The position numbers and the translations under genes were made by a program. Under the pieces are notes generated by a model. The model was not told where the DNA came from and searched no databases. It saw only the letters and a list, made by a program, of their open reading frames with translations. 40,793 nucleotides of DNA from a virus (Duplodnaviria; Caudoviricetes). Numbering within the stretch: the first letter of the stretch is position 1; every line of letters starts with the position of its first letter. Of this stretch, positions 1-9,249 are shown in pieces. The DNA lies in IMG/VR virus record IMGVR_UViG_3300005512_000093, positions 1 through 40,793 of that record. One strand, written 5' to 3'.

Positions 1-2
1 CG

Positions 3-77
3 CTCATCAGGGCGTGGGGACAGGAGTGGAAGGAGTTGGCTTTGTGGCTTATCAAACAACAGGAGGAGGAGAAATGA
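3..77 (+). CDS. C-terminal fragment of a hypothetical phage protein (truncated by window start)
   Basis: Reads LIRAWGQEWKELALWLIKQQEEEK*; its TGA overlaps the next ATG (ATGA at 74-77). Confidence 0.55.
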   Translation, partial: LIRAWGQEWKELALWLIKQQEEEK

Positions 78-205
78 AAACGATATGGGTAGTACAGTAC
101 AACGATTACATTGACGCTTTTGAAGTTCAGATGCGCATCACCGAGCTTGAGGCGCAGATGCCGATGGTCGTGGATCCCGCTTTTAACTGCGGTGATTCTG
201 GCTGA
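74..205 (+). CDS. Small hypothetical protein (43 aa)
   Basis: Strong SD (AGGAGGAGG) directly upstream; ATGA coupling with the upstream ORF. Confidence 0.5.
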   Translation: MKTIWVVQYNDYIDAFEVQMRITELEAQMPMVVDPAFNCGDSG

Positions 206-449
206 GGAAGCCGGTGAGGTCGTCAGGATCGCGTGCAAGTGCATGCGTTTCGGGATCGACGACTACCACCCTAAAAACGGCGCAGTCAACAGGGTTGCCT
301 TGGCACATGAGATCGGGCACTTGATGAGGATGGTGAGCTGCCTGACCGACCAAGGCACCATCTCATCGAAGGATGTGGCCGACGGAATCCTGCAGAAGAG
401 CGAGAGTTTGAAGGCATGGTATCGAGTGAAGGAGGCGACCAATGATTGA
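192..449 (+). CDS. MazG-like nucleotide pyrophosphohydrolase (start uncertain; GTG 192 or TTG 111)
   Basis: ILAEEAGEVVRIACKCMRFG...LAHEIGHL resembles the MazG-like EExxE...ExxD helices, with H in place of the last D. Confidence 0.6.
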   Translation: MILAEEAGEVVRIACKCMRFGIDDYHPKNGAVNRVALAHEIGHLMRMVSCLTDQGTISSKDVADGILQKSESLKAWYRVKEATND

Positions 450-882
450 GTTCTTTGTACCGGGCAAACCGGAGGCATTAAAGCGACACAGAACGTACCG
501 TTTCGGAAACAAAAACGTCAATGTTGACCCGAGTTCTGCGGCTAAAGATAGCTTCCTTGTAAGAGCTTGTTCGCATCGACCTAAGGAGCCGATCCGCGAG
601 GCACTCGCGGTGGCAATGGAGTTCAGGTTTCCGAGGCCGAAAAGCCACTACACAAGCAAGGGGCTTAGGTCTACAGCGCCAAAGTTCCATACCAGCAGGC
701 CCGACGCCGACAACCTGGCGAAGTTCGTCGCTGACGCTCTCAACGGCATTTTCTGGCATGACGACAGCTGCATAGCTCGACTGATTGTTGAGAAGCAATA
801 CAATGAAGTGCCTGGGGTTTTTGTGCGAATAATGCCAGCCAATAAAGAGCATTTCTTACCAAGAAACGTGAACCCTGTATAA
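442..882 (+). CDS. rusA: RusA family Holliday junction resolvase
   Basis: IEFFVPGKP N-terminus and RPDADNLAKFVADALNGIFWHDDSCI catalytic Asp/Lys motif. Confidence 0.9.
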   Translation: MIEFFVPGKPEALKRHRTYRFGNKNVNVDPSSAAKDSFLVRACSHRPKEPIREALAVAMEFRFPRPKSHYTSKGLRSTAPKFHTSRPDADNLAKFVADALNGIFWHDDSCIARLIVEKQYNEVPGVFVRIMPANKEHFLPRNVNPV

Positions 883-884
883 CG

Positions 885-1808
885 ATGGCTGACTATCGCA
901 CGATAAGTACCAGGATATGGACGAACCCATACATCGAGGAGCTCGGTCCGGAAGAGAAGCTTTTCTACATCTACCTCTTCAGCTGCCCGCACACGAATAA
1001 CGCCGGAATTCTGCACATCAGCCAACGGAAGATGCAGTTTGAAACCGGGATCAGAGATGTCGGACAGATCATCGAAAAGTTGAAGGTTGACGGGAAGCTC
1101 GTTGAGGTCGGAGGTGTCTTTTGGGTTGTAAACTTCATTGACCACCAGACAAGCCACAGCCCGAAAATCGTCCAGAGTATCGCCAAGGCGCTTGAGGATA
1201 TCCCATCGGAACTCGCTGATATGGTGTTGAAGCGCTACGAAGCGTTACCGATACCCTACCGATACCCTACCGATACCGTATCCATACCCTACGCTGAAAG
1301 GGAAGAGGAAGGGGAAAGGGAAAGGGAAAGGGAAGAGGAAATGGAAGAGGAACCTTTAAGAGAGAGGCCGGACATTTCCGGAAAGAACAATTCCTCTCCC
1401 CTCCCAAAGAGCTTTCTGGATTCTCCGTATAGAGAGGAGGCTGAGCGGTTTGCTGATTGGTTTGCTAAGAGCCTGAAGCCAGCGACACTCAAGGGGTCAA
1501 AGTCTGAGCGTGACCAGTGGGCGCTCGTGTGGTATCACCTGCGGTCGACGGATAAGCGCGACAATGCCACAGAGATGGCGCAAGCGATCGCTTGGGCACG
1601 AGGCGATCCGTTCTGGTCGAAGAACTTCATCAGCCCGACAAAGCTGCGGATCCGAGATAAGCAGGGGCAGATGTATATCGACCGCTTCATCGCGGAGCAC
1701 CATCAACACAAAACGGGAGGACGAAATGAAAACAAGCGCGGCATTACGCCTGATCAGCTCAGAGGGATCTTCGATTGGATCGACAACAACCCGGCAATTC
1801 CAGCCTGA
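885..1808 (+). CDS. Phage replication initiator / replisome organizer
   Basis: N-terminal YRTISTRIWT...EKLFYIYLFSCPHTNNAGI winged-helix-like segment, internal tandem repeats, (E/R)-rich linker, C-terminal DPFWSKNFISPTKLR. Confidence 0.8.
   Translation: MADYRTISTRIWTNPYIEELGPEEKLFYIYLFSCPHTNNAGILHISQRKMQFETGIRDVGQIIEKLKVDGKLVEVGGVFWVVNFIDHQTSHSPKIVQSIAKALEDIPSELADMVLKRYEALPIPYRYPTDTVSIPYAEREEEGEREREREEEMEEEPLRERPDISGKNNSSPLPKSFLDSPYREEAERFADWFAKSLKPATLKGSKSERDQWALVWYHLRSTDKRDNATEMAQAIAWARGDPFWSKNFISPTKLRIRDKQGQMYIDRFIAEHHQHKTGGRNENKRGITPDQLRGIFDWIDNNPAIPA
1246..1289 (+). repeat. Four tandem 11-bp iterons, candidate replication origin
   Basis: TACCGATACCC, TACCGATACCC, TACCGATACCG, TATCCATACCC inside the initiator gene, followed by an almost purely purine tract at ~1296-1352. 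Confidence 0.75.
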
Positions 1809-2265
1809 ATCGCAAGAGCTGCTTGTGTACCGTGACCGCCAGCTCGACAAATCGACCGGCAAAGAGCTGGCGACAAGGGTTGCAGTGGCCTTCCCCGAGA
1901 TGAGCCCGGCAAAAGCTATGATCCTGATCGAGATGATGATCGACGATTGTTTCACTGAGCAGAGAGCCCGGGACGCCGTCAAGCACGTGATCAAGCAGCA
2001 TATCGCCTGGGGCAAGGAGCCGCCGATCGGAGCTTTCATCCAGTACGACCGACGGGTGAAGTGCATCACGGCCGGAGAGCTCACAACTCTGCAGCAGGAC
2101 GGAAAGGCCCGCTGGAGCGATTACGCAATCGTCCGGGTCGAAGGCGTGAGTGCGTGCCGGAGTGCCGGTAACAAACCGGTCCTTTTTGCGCGCATCGCCG
2201 ACATCGAGCAGTACGGCCTCACAAGGCGAGACCCGAAACCATACGGGCAGGATTGGCCCGATTAA
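1726..2265 (+). CDS. Hypothetical protein, possible replication partner
   Basis: GGGAGG SD at 1715-1720 before ATG 1726; overlaps the 3' end of the initiator gene. Confidence 0.65.
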   Translation: MKTSAALRLISSEGSSIGSTTTRQFQPESQELLVYRDRQLDKSTGKELATRVAVAFPEMSPAKAMILIEMMIDDCFTEQRARDAVKHVIKQHIAWGKEPPIGAFIQYDRRVKCITAGELTTLQQDGKARWSDYAIVRVEGVSACRSAGNKPVLFARIADIEQYGLTRRDPKPYGQDWPD

Positions 2266-2283
2266 CCAACAAACACCACCAAA

Positions 2284-2592
2284 ATGCTCATCAGCTACCA
2301 CTTCGACACAGACAAGATCCAGATCGACGACCACTCTTTCGACTTGCGCGACCCGCTCTCACTCCTGGTACTACACCACCTCGTCGTCGATATGCTCGTC
2401 CAGGCGTCGATCGGTGCGGTGCCGAAGGAAGATCTCGCAGCTATGGCTGAGATGCTTGACACAGCCTCCGGGTGTATGCGCACTGTCACACGTGCAACAC
2501 AAATCCTCAGCGAGGCACCCAGCGTGGCGCAGGCTGAACGATCGTGGCTAAAACAGGTATGGAGTCGTTTGTCTGATTTTCTTCGCTTGTGA
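2284..2592 (+). CDS. Hypothetical protein
   Basis: 102-aa ORF with genome-typical codon usage, in operon orientation. Confidence 0.6.
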   Translation: MLISYHFDTDKIQIDDHSFDLRDPLSLLVLHHLVVDMLVQASIGAVPKEDLAAMAEMLDTASGCMRTVTRATQILSEAPSVAQAERSWLKQVWSRLSDFLRL

Positions 2593-2638
2593 GGCGTTTA
2601 CGGATGTTTTAACAAACCACCCAACCCTACCCCCTGGG

Positions 2639-2953
2639 ATGAAAAAAAACTGGCAGCACGAAAACTACACTGAGACTCACGATATCTTCGGGGAGCTCGT
2701 CTTTGTGAGCCGGGCGCAAGACATCGACGCCAACAAGGGACACCGGAAGCCTGCAGGGCCTTGGCAGGTGGTAGTGTCTGGTCTGCCACGGCTCTCTTTT
2801 AACTGCGAGACAAGGGAAGGTGCACTGTCAGAGATCAGGGAAAAGCTGCGAAGGAGGAAAGAGCTTGAGGAGCTCAAGGCTTACTGTCACAAGCGCAAGG
2901 TCGAGCGAATAGTCGCGGAGTTTTTGGCTGAGGCAAAAAAAAAGCCCGGATAA
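2639..2953 (+). CDS. Hypothetical protein
   Basis: 104-aa ORF with a basic helical C-terminus, immediately before the late region. Confidence 0.55.
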   Translation: MKKNWQHENYTETHDIFGELVFVSRAQDIDANKGHRKPAGPWQVVVSGLPRLSFNCETREGALSEIREKLRRRKELEELKAYCHKRKVERIVAEFLAEAKKKPG

Positions 2954-2968
2954 GATGACAAAAAAAGT

Positions 2969-3000
2969 CTGTTTGAAGCGCAGGATGCTGTCTGTAGCAT
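2969..3000 (+). promoter_or_regulatory. Putative late promoter 1 (CTGTTTGAA-N17-TAGCAT)
   Basis: Same motif and spacing as at 6865 and 26250; intergenic, upstream of terS. Confidence 0.6.
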
Positions 3001-3005
3001 GAGAC

Positions 3006-3470
3006 ATGGCAAAATCCCTCACACATAAGCTCACCCCGAAGCAGGAAATGTTCTGCCGTGAGTACCTGGTAGACCTTAACGCCACGCAGGCCGCCATTCG
3101 TGCTGGGTATAGCGCGAAGACAGCGGACAGGATCGGGGCTCAACTGCTTGGGAAAAGTTGGGTTGCGTCCAAAGTCCAGGAACTCAAAAACAAGCGGGCC
3201 GAAAAAGTAGATGTGACGGCGGACTATGTACTCAAGACGATCATCGAGACGGTGGAGCGATGCAAGCAGGCTGAGCCGGTACTTGACCACGAAGGGTTAC
3301 CGACTGGGGAGTTCAAGTTCGATTCTGGAGCTGTGCTCAAAGGGGCCGAACTACTCGGCAAGCATCTTGCGATGTGGACCGACCGCCAACGCATCGAGGA
3401 TCCCGACGGAAACGCCCTTCCTGTCCTCAAGCTTGTGGTGCAGAAGGGAGGCGATGGTGAGTCGGCCTGA
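3006..3470 (+). CDS. terS: Terminase small subunit
   Basis: LTPKQEMFCREYLVDLNATQAAIRAGYSAKTA signature; AELLGKHLAMW. Confidence 0.93.
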   Translation: MAKSLTHKLTPKQEMFCREYLVDLNATQAAIRAGYSAKTADRIGAQLLGKSWVASKVQELKNKRAEKVDVTADYVLKTIIETVERCKQAEPVLDHEGLPTGEFKFDSGAVLKGAELLGKHLAMWTDRQRIEDPDGNALPVLKLVVQKGGDGESA

Positions 3471-4767
3471 AATCCCTTTCACGACGATCCCGTCTTTCCT
3501 GCCGCTTTTCGATCGGGAGCACGAAGCCTACAAGAAGCGTTACAAGGTTTTCTATGGCGGACGGTACAGTGCCAAGAGCACGCAGGCGGCCCGAGGGCTG
3601 CTGGTCCGCGGATATGAGCAGCCGCTCCGAATCCTCTGTACTCGCGAGGTACAGAAGTCCATCACCGACTCAGTACACAAGTTGCTCAAGGATCAGATAC
3701 AGGAGCTTGGTCTCGGCGCTTTCTACAAGGTGCTCGAAAACAAGGTCGTCGGGCTGAACGGCACCGAGTTCTTCTTCCAGGGCTTGCAGCAGCACACAAT
3801 CACATCCATCAAGAGCTTCGAGGGCATCGACATCTGCTGGGTCGAAGAGGCCAATACGGTCCGTGGTGAGAGCTGGAAGATGCTCATTCCGACGATCCGA
3901 AAGGAGGGCTCGGAGATATGGGTCACGTTCAACCCCGATCAGGAGAGCGATTACTCTTACAGCCAGTTCGTCATGCACCGGCGCGACGATGCGTATGTCG
4001 TCAAGGTCAATTGGTACGACCTGCCTGACAGCTGGCTTACCAGCGCAATCAAGAGCGAGATCAGCGCTCTGCGCGAGACGTCCTACGAAGAGTACCTGCA
4101 CGTCTACGGCGGAGAGTGCCGGACTTTCAGCGACGAGCTTATCATCCAGCCGTCAGCACTTCGACGGGCTTTCGAGACGCAGCCTATCGACATCTACGAT
4201 GATACCCCCAAGACCTATGGCCTTGACCCTGCCCGACTCGGCGACAAGATCAAGCTGAGCTGCATGGAGGGTCGCAATGTCCGGTGGCTTGAGACGTTTC
4301 CTCCTGGGCGCATCGACGAGACGACGGCCCGCCTCATACGCAAGATCGAAAAGGAGGAGCCAGACAAGTGCTTCATCGACGCAGGCGGCCTTGGGGTTGG
4401 CGTCTACGACAACTGCGTCGGGCAGGGCTTTGTCGATGTAGTCGTCAAGGTAGACTTCGGTGGCCGGGCGCTCAATCCTGATCGGCACTACAACATGCGT
4501 GCGCAGATGTACGAGCTTTTCGCCGACTGGCTGGAAGATCAGCCGAGCAGCATCATGTGCGACAAGGCGACACAGGACCAACTCATCCTTGAGGCCACAT
4601 CGATCAAAAAGGTGTGGCGCAAGAACAGTGTCCTCGACCTCACTCCGAAGGACAAGATCAAAGAGGACTACGGGTTCAGCCCGGATAACCTCGACTCGCT
4701 GGTGCTCAACTTCGCGCAGCGAATCCGCAAGGCATCATCACGGATCGACCACTCAAAACAGTTCTGA
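3454..4767 (+). CDS. terL: Terminase large subunit (PBSX-like)
   Basis: Walker A GGRYSAKS, Walker B ICWVEEA, TFNP coupling motif, nuclease GLDPARLGD and SPDNLDSL; SD GGGAGG before ATG 3454. Confidence 0.92.
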   Translation: MVSRPEIPFTTIPSFLPLFDREHEAYKKRYKVFYGGRYSAKSTQAARGLLVRGYEQPLRILCTREVQKSITDSVHKLLKDQIQELGLGAFYKVLENKVVGLNGTEFFFQGLQQHTITSIKSFEGIDICWVEEANTVRGESWKMLIPTIRKEGSEIWVTFNPDQESDYSYSQFVMHRRDDAYVVKVNWYDLPDSWLTSAIKSEISALRETSYEEYLHVYGGECRTFSDELIIQPSALRRAFETQPIDIYDDTPKTYGLDPARLGDKIKLSCMEGRNVRWLETFPPGRIDETTARLIRKIEKEEPDKCFIDAGGLGVGVYDNCVGQGFVDVVVKVDFGGRALNPDRHYNMRAQMYELFADWLEDQPSSIMCDKATQDQLILEATSIKKVWRKNSVLDLTPKDKIKEDYGFSPDNLDSLVLNFAQRIRKASSRIDHSKQF

Positions 4768-4769
4768 CC

Positions 4770-6857
4770 ATGGCAATCAAGACCGATACCAGCGCCATGC
4801 GCGCACCAAACCACCCGATCAAGGGCGACAGCCCCGCCGAAGAGCAGGCTTTCTTGCAGCTTGCCCGCAAGCGGTTCGCTACTGGCGACACATGGTGGAC
4901 GCCCAACTTCGCTGCCGCCGACAAGGACATCGAATTTGCCTACGAGCAGCAATGGAGCCCCACGGACCGCGAGAAGCGCGAGGGATCGACCTGTATGGAA
5001 CTCAATCAGCTTCCGTCCTTCATCGACCAGGTTGTCGGCGACCAGCGGCAGAACCGACCTGGCATCCAGGTGCACCCGATCCGTCCTGATCTCGTCGTGA
5101 CGCCACAGAACACAGGCGGCCCCGGCGCGGGCGACCAGCCAAAGGTCCAGCCGCAGAAGTTCAGCAACCTTGCCGGCACTAAGGGCTACACTACCACAAA
5201 GGTGCGCGAGGGGCTCATCCGAGCCGTTGAGCAGCAGTGCAACGCCGAGACACACTACGACATCTCCTTCCAGCATGCAGTTGAGGCCGGAATCGGCTGG
5301 CTCCGTGTGCTCACTGAGTACAGCGACGACGACGTTTTCGAGCAGGACCTCGTTATCCGCTCGATCCGCAACCGTTTCTCTGTCCTGATCGATCCGCATG
5401 GCGCAGAGGATCCTGACTACGCAACGGCCAACTGGTGCTTCATCTCGGAGATGGTGCGCATGGAGGAGTTCCGCGAGCGCTGGCCCGAGGCTAACCCATC
5501 ATCCCTGGGCGAGTCAATCGGCGACTACGAGGGCTGGACGATCGATAACGCAGTACGTGTGGCCGAATACTACTGGCGCAAGCCGGTAACCCGAAAGCTC
5601 TTGCTTCTGAGCGACCGCCGCGTGGTGTATGAGGATGATGTGACGTCCGTGCTTGATGAGCTGACTGCCTCCGGCATCGTCGTGGTGCGAGAGCGCAAGG
5701 TAGAAACAACGAAGGTGTTCTGGGCGAAGATCACGGCGCACACAATCCTTGAAGGCCCCATAGAGGTGCCGTTCCGCTCGATCCCGGTGGTGCCGGTTCT
5801 CGGCAAGGAAGTGACACGCAATCGCTACACCGTGTATCGCGGTCTCACCCGCTACGCCAAGGACCCCGTGCGTATGCACAACATCATGATGAGCGAGGCC
5901 GTGGACCGCGTAGGACTGGCCCCTAAAGCGCCGTACGTCCTTGACGTGACGACCATCGAGGGGTTCGAAAACATGTGGTCACAGGCGAACCGGAAGAACT
6001 GGTCATACCTTCCGTACCGACACAAGCTCGATGTCCCGCCACCAAGGCGTGAGCAGCCGCCACCGATGCCTGCTGCTGAATTGCAGCTTGCAATGGCGGC
6101 CAAGGATGAGATCAAGGACATCATCGGCATTCACGACGCAAGCCTCGGTATCCAGAGCAATGAGACCTCCGGCAAGGCGATCCTTGCAAGACAGCGCCAG
6201 GGCGAAAGGGGCACTTTCGCCTTCATCGATAACCTCAAGCGAGCACAGCGCCGAGTCGGCAAGCTCCTGCTCGAAGGCATGTCGATCTACGACAGCGAGC
6301 GAGTCATCAGAATCATGGGCGAAGACGGCAGCGAGGATTGGGTGCTCATCAACCAGACTGTGCTGGACGAACAGACGCAAACCCCCGTCATCGTCAACGA
6401 CATCAGCGAGGGCAAGTACGACATCACCATATCGACCGGCCCAAGCTACCAGACGCAGCGCATGGAGGCCGGGGACAGCCTGCTTGCTTTTGTGCAGGCA
6501 GTACCGCAGGCTGGACCGCTCATTCAGGATCTTGTTGCCGAGTACCAAGACTGGCCGGGCGCCGACAAGCTGTCACGCAGGCTCAAGCACGGCGTTCCGC
6601 CCGGAGTCATGGACCCGCAGGAAATGGAAGAGGCGGGCATACAAGCTCCACAGCCAACTCCTGATCAGCAGGCTTTGATGGCGAAGGCCGAAGCGGACAC
6701 CGCTATGGCCCAGGCAAAGAAGGCCGAAGCCGAAGCCAAGATCATGGAGCTGCAGATGCAGCAGCAGGTGATGCAGACCGGCCTACCGGATGCGATCAAG
6801 GAGCTTGTCGCCGACTCCATCGCTGAGTTCATGTCGCAATCACAGGGGGGAAGATAA
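4770..6857 (+). CDS. Portal protein, P22 gp1-like
   Basis: 695 aa following TerL; NQLPSFIDQVVGDQRQNRP, SNETSGKAILARQRQG, GKYDITISTGPSYQTQR; Gln/Ala-rich barrel tail. Confidence 0.92.
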   Translation: MAIKTDTSAMRAPNHPIKGDSPAEEQAFLQLARKRFATGDTWWTPNFAAADKDIEFAYEQQWSPTDREKREGSTCMELNQLPSFIDQVVGDQRQNRPGIQVHPIRPDLVVTPQNTGGPGAGDQPKVQPQKFSNLAGTKGYTTTKVREGLIRAVEQQCNAETHYDISFQHAVEAGIGWLRVLTEYSDDDVFEQDLVIRSIRNRFSVLIDPHGAEDPDYATANWCFISEMVRMEEFRERWPEANPSSLGESIGDYEGWTIDNAVRVAEYYWRKPVTRKLLLLSDRRVVYEDDVTSVLDELTASGIVVVRERKVETTKVFWAKITAHTILEGPIEVPFRSIPVVPVLGKEVTRNRYTVYRGLTRYAKDPVRMHNIMMSEAVDRVGLAPKAPYVLDVTTIEGFENMWSQANRKNWSYLPYRHKLDVPPPRREQPPPMPAAELQLAMAAKDEIKDIIGIHDASLGIQSNETSGKAILARQRQGERGTFAFIDNLKRAQRRVGKLLLEGMSIYDSERVIRIMGEDGSEDWVLINQTVLDEQTQTPVIVNDISEGKYDITISTGPSYQTQRMEAGDSLLAFVQAVPQAGPLIQDLVAEYQDWPGADKLSRRLKHGVPPGVMDPQEMEEAGIQAPQPTPDQQALMAKAEADTAMAQAKKAEAEAKIMELQMQQQVMQTGLPDAIKELVADSIAEFMSQSQGGR

Positions 6858-6864
6858 AAATCGC

Positions 6865-6896
6865 CTGTTTGAACCGCGTAAGAACGCAAGCACCTT
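6865..6896 (+). promoter_or_regulatory. Putative late promoter 2 (CTGTTTGAA-N17-CACCTT)
   Basis: Second copy of the motif, intergenic, upstream of scaffold and coat. Confidence 0.55.
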
Positions 6897-6903
6897 TTTT
6901 GGA

Positions 6904-6928
6904 AAGCCTACGGGCGGCTTAATGCCCG
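6904..6928 (+). promoter_or_regulatory. Candidate H-type pseudoknot in scaffold mRNA leader
   Basis: AAGCC-TA-CGGGC-GGCTT-AAT-GCCCG: stem 1 AAGCC/GGCTT and stem 2 CGGGC/GCCCG, interleaved. Confidence 0.55.
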
Positions 6929-6960
6929 GCACAATATCCGCAACTAACGCGCAATGACAC

Positions 6961-7920
6961 ATGAGTGAGACGACACAGATCACCGCTCCTGCCGAACAGC
7001 AGGTAGCAACGCAGGATGTTCAGCAGCAGCAGCAACCGCAGCAGCAGGAATCAACTGCGCCGAAGTACACCATCACGCATAGCGATATGCCGCAGATGGC
7101 CAGAACGGATGCCGCCGCCAGCGATGACGCTGGCAAAACGGGCGACGAGCCCAAGCAACAGGAATCGGCCCCTGCCGCAACAACCACCGCTGACGATGCC
7201 AGCGCGGAACCGACCCAACTCAAACAGGGACGACTCCAGAAGCGTATCGATCGACTGACCAAAGAGAAGAACGACGCTCTCCGCCGGGTAAGCGAGCTTG
7301 AACAGAATAGTTCTGGCAAACCTACCGAAGGTGGTGATACCGGGGAGCCGGACGTTGCTGATTTTGACTCATACGACGACTACCTGAAGGCCCGCGACGA
7401 TTGGCGCGACAAGCAGAAAGCAGGAAAGCCGGATACGCAGCCGCAAGAAGGCATCGAGTCAACAGCAGAGTTCAAGGACGCCCTGGAGGATGTGCTCGAA
7501 TCGTTCGATGAGGTCAGGTCAAAGTTTACCGATTTCGATGCTGTCTGCATGAAGCAGCCGTCCGATGGTGGCCCGGTTATCACATCGAGCATGGTTATAG
7601 TGCTCGCTGATACCGACGCCCCTGGTGAAATCGCATATTACCTGGGCAAGCACGTCGAGGAGTCCATCGAGATTTCCAAGATGGCGCAGAAGGCTCAGAT
7701 AAGGGCAATCGCCAAGATCGAGGCTAGGCTTGCATCAGGCGCCGCACCGAAACCTGATGTTCAAAAGAAAACTTCCAGTGCTCCACCCCCGATCAATCCA
7801 TTGTCGGGAGCTGGTGCTGATGCGCCGAAGAAGCTTGGTGACGCCCGGTCTCATGCTGAGTACCGCGAACTACGCAAGCAGATGGGTGACTCGCACCCGG
7901 CAGGGGCTGGCTGGATCTAA
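6961..7920 (+). CDS. Scaffolding protein
   Basis: Lies between portal and coat; acidic/disordered N-terminus, QKRIDRLTKEK coiled coil, PDVADFDSYDDYLKA, IAYYLGKH, APPPINPL. Confidence 0.85.
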   Translation: MSETTQITAPAEQQVATQDVQQQQQPQQQESTAPKYTITHSDMPQMARTDAAASDDAGKTGDEPKQQESAPAATTTADDASAEPTQLKQGRLQKRIDRLTKEKNDALRRVSELEQNSSGKPTEGGDTGEPDVADFDSYDDYLKARDDWRDKQKAGKPDTQPQEGIESTAEFKDALEDVLESFDEVRSKFTDFDAVCMKQPSDGGPVITSSMVIVLADTDAPGEIAYYLGKHVEESIEISKMAQKAQIRAIAKIEARLASGAAPKPDVQKKTSSAPPPINPLSGAGADAPKKLGDARSHAEYRELRKQMGDSHPAGAGWI

Positions 7921-7938
7921 ACCAAAGGAGAAGAGACT

Positions 7939-9204
7939 ATGGCTGCTTATGGCGAGGACGGAAACGTCTTCCTTACCGACGATATCATCCTCCATGAGAT
8001 GATGGAGGAGCTTCTTAGCTCCGCTGTCGCCGTCAAGAGGGTGGACCGCAGGCTCGAAAAGAGCTTCAACAAAGTGGGCGACACCATTTCGGTCGAGCGC
8101 CCGTTCATGACCAAGACTGCCGAGGGCCGCACTCTGGTCAAACAGCCGATGACTGATCAGAAGGTTGCCTTCACGATCAACCGTCAGCGCAACTTCGGCC
8201 TTCAGTTCAACCAGCGTGACCGTACACTGCACATTCGCACGTTCAAAGAGCGCTACCTGAACTCCGGCATCCGCCAGCTCGGCAACGACATCGAGCAGAG
8301 TGTCCTGGAGTGCGCAGTTCAGAGCGCCTACAACAGCTACGGTGCTGCCGGCACCGCCTTGTCATCCGACGGGGTGCATGACATCTCCGGTCGCATGACC
8401 GAGGTCGCCATTCCCGAGGATGGTATGAGGTCTGGTATCATCAACACTCGTGACGGCAAAGTCATCGACAAAGAGATGGCCGGCAAGTACAACGAGGCAA
8501 TGGTCAAGGGTGCTATCCAGAATGGTTACATGGGTCCGATTGCGGACATGCAGCTCTATCGCTCCGCCATGGTGCCGGTGCACACTGTTGGTGACTACAG
8601 CGGTACGCCGCTGGTCAAGGGCAACCAGAAGGGTAGCTCGCTGCTCATCGACGGGTGTACCGGAAGCGTCACTAACTTCCTCAAGAAGGGCGACACCTTC
8701 ACGATTGCTGGAGTCTACGAGGTGCATCCGCAGACCAAGAAGAGCACTGGCGAGCTGCAGCGCTTTGTGGTGAAGGCGAACGTCGAGACGACTGCTGGCG
8801 GAGAGGCTACCCTCTCGATCAGTCCGGCCATCAACGACGGCACGCTGACCACTACCAACGCCGTTGGCGAGACAGTGAGCCTTGGTGCTTACCAGAACGT
8901 GACCTCGGCGGCGCTCGACAATGCCGCAATCACGGTGATTGGTCTGGCAAACACCTCGTACCGCAGCAACGTGTTCTTCCACAAGAACGCGATCACGCTG
9001 TGCATGGTGCAGAAGGAGCTGCCGGAGTCCGCAGTGGTCAAGGCTCGCGTCACTGACGACGAGACCGGCCTTTCGCTGGTGATGACGGCCGCTTACGACA
9101 TCAACGAGGACGAACAGATCTATCGCGTTGATGCCATCTGGGGTGTTGATTCGCTCCAGCCTGAGCTGGCTTTCAGGAACTACAGCTCTGCGGTTGCTGG
9201 CTAA
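7939..9204 (+). CDS. Major capsid protein, P22 gp5 family
   Basis: KVGDTISVERP, LKKGDTFTIAGVYEVHPQTK insertion domain, FFHKNAITL, RVDAIWGV; strong SD AAAGGA. Confidence 0.92.
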   Translation: MAAYGEDGNVFLTDDIILHEMMEELLSSAVAVKRVDRRLEKSFNKVGDTISVERPFMTKTAEGRTLVKQPMTDQKVAFTINRQRNFGLQFNQRDRTLHIRTFKERYLNSGIRQLGNDIEQSVLECAVQSAYNSYGAAGTALSSDGVHDISGRMTEVAIPEDGMRSGIINTRDGKVIDKEMAGKYNEAMVKGAIQNGYMGPIADMQLYRSAMVPVHTVGDYSGTPLVKGNQKGSSLLIDGCTGSVTNFLKKGDTFTIAGVYEVHPQTKKSTGELQRFVVKANVETTAGGEATLSISPAINDGTLTTTNAVGETVSLGAYQNVTSAALDNAAITVIGLANTSYRSNVFFHKNAITLCMVQKELPESAVVKARVTDDETGLSLVMTAAYDINEDEQIYRVDAIWGVDSLQPELAFRNYSSAVAG

Positions 9205-9209
9205 CCGAT

Positions 9210-9249
9210 GGGGTGGTGGCTTTGTGTGTGGGCTGCCACCCCTTTTTTT
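9210..9249 (+). terminator. Intrinsic terminator after the coat gene
   Basis: GGGGTGG...CCACCCC stem followed by T7, ending at the first base of the tRNA. Confidence 0.75.

Noticed and set aside
2955-3002. 15-codon upstream ORF before terS
   Set aside because: Overlaps the predicted promoter and has no convincing RBS; probably incidental.
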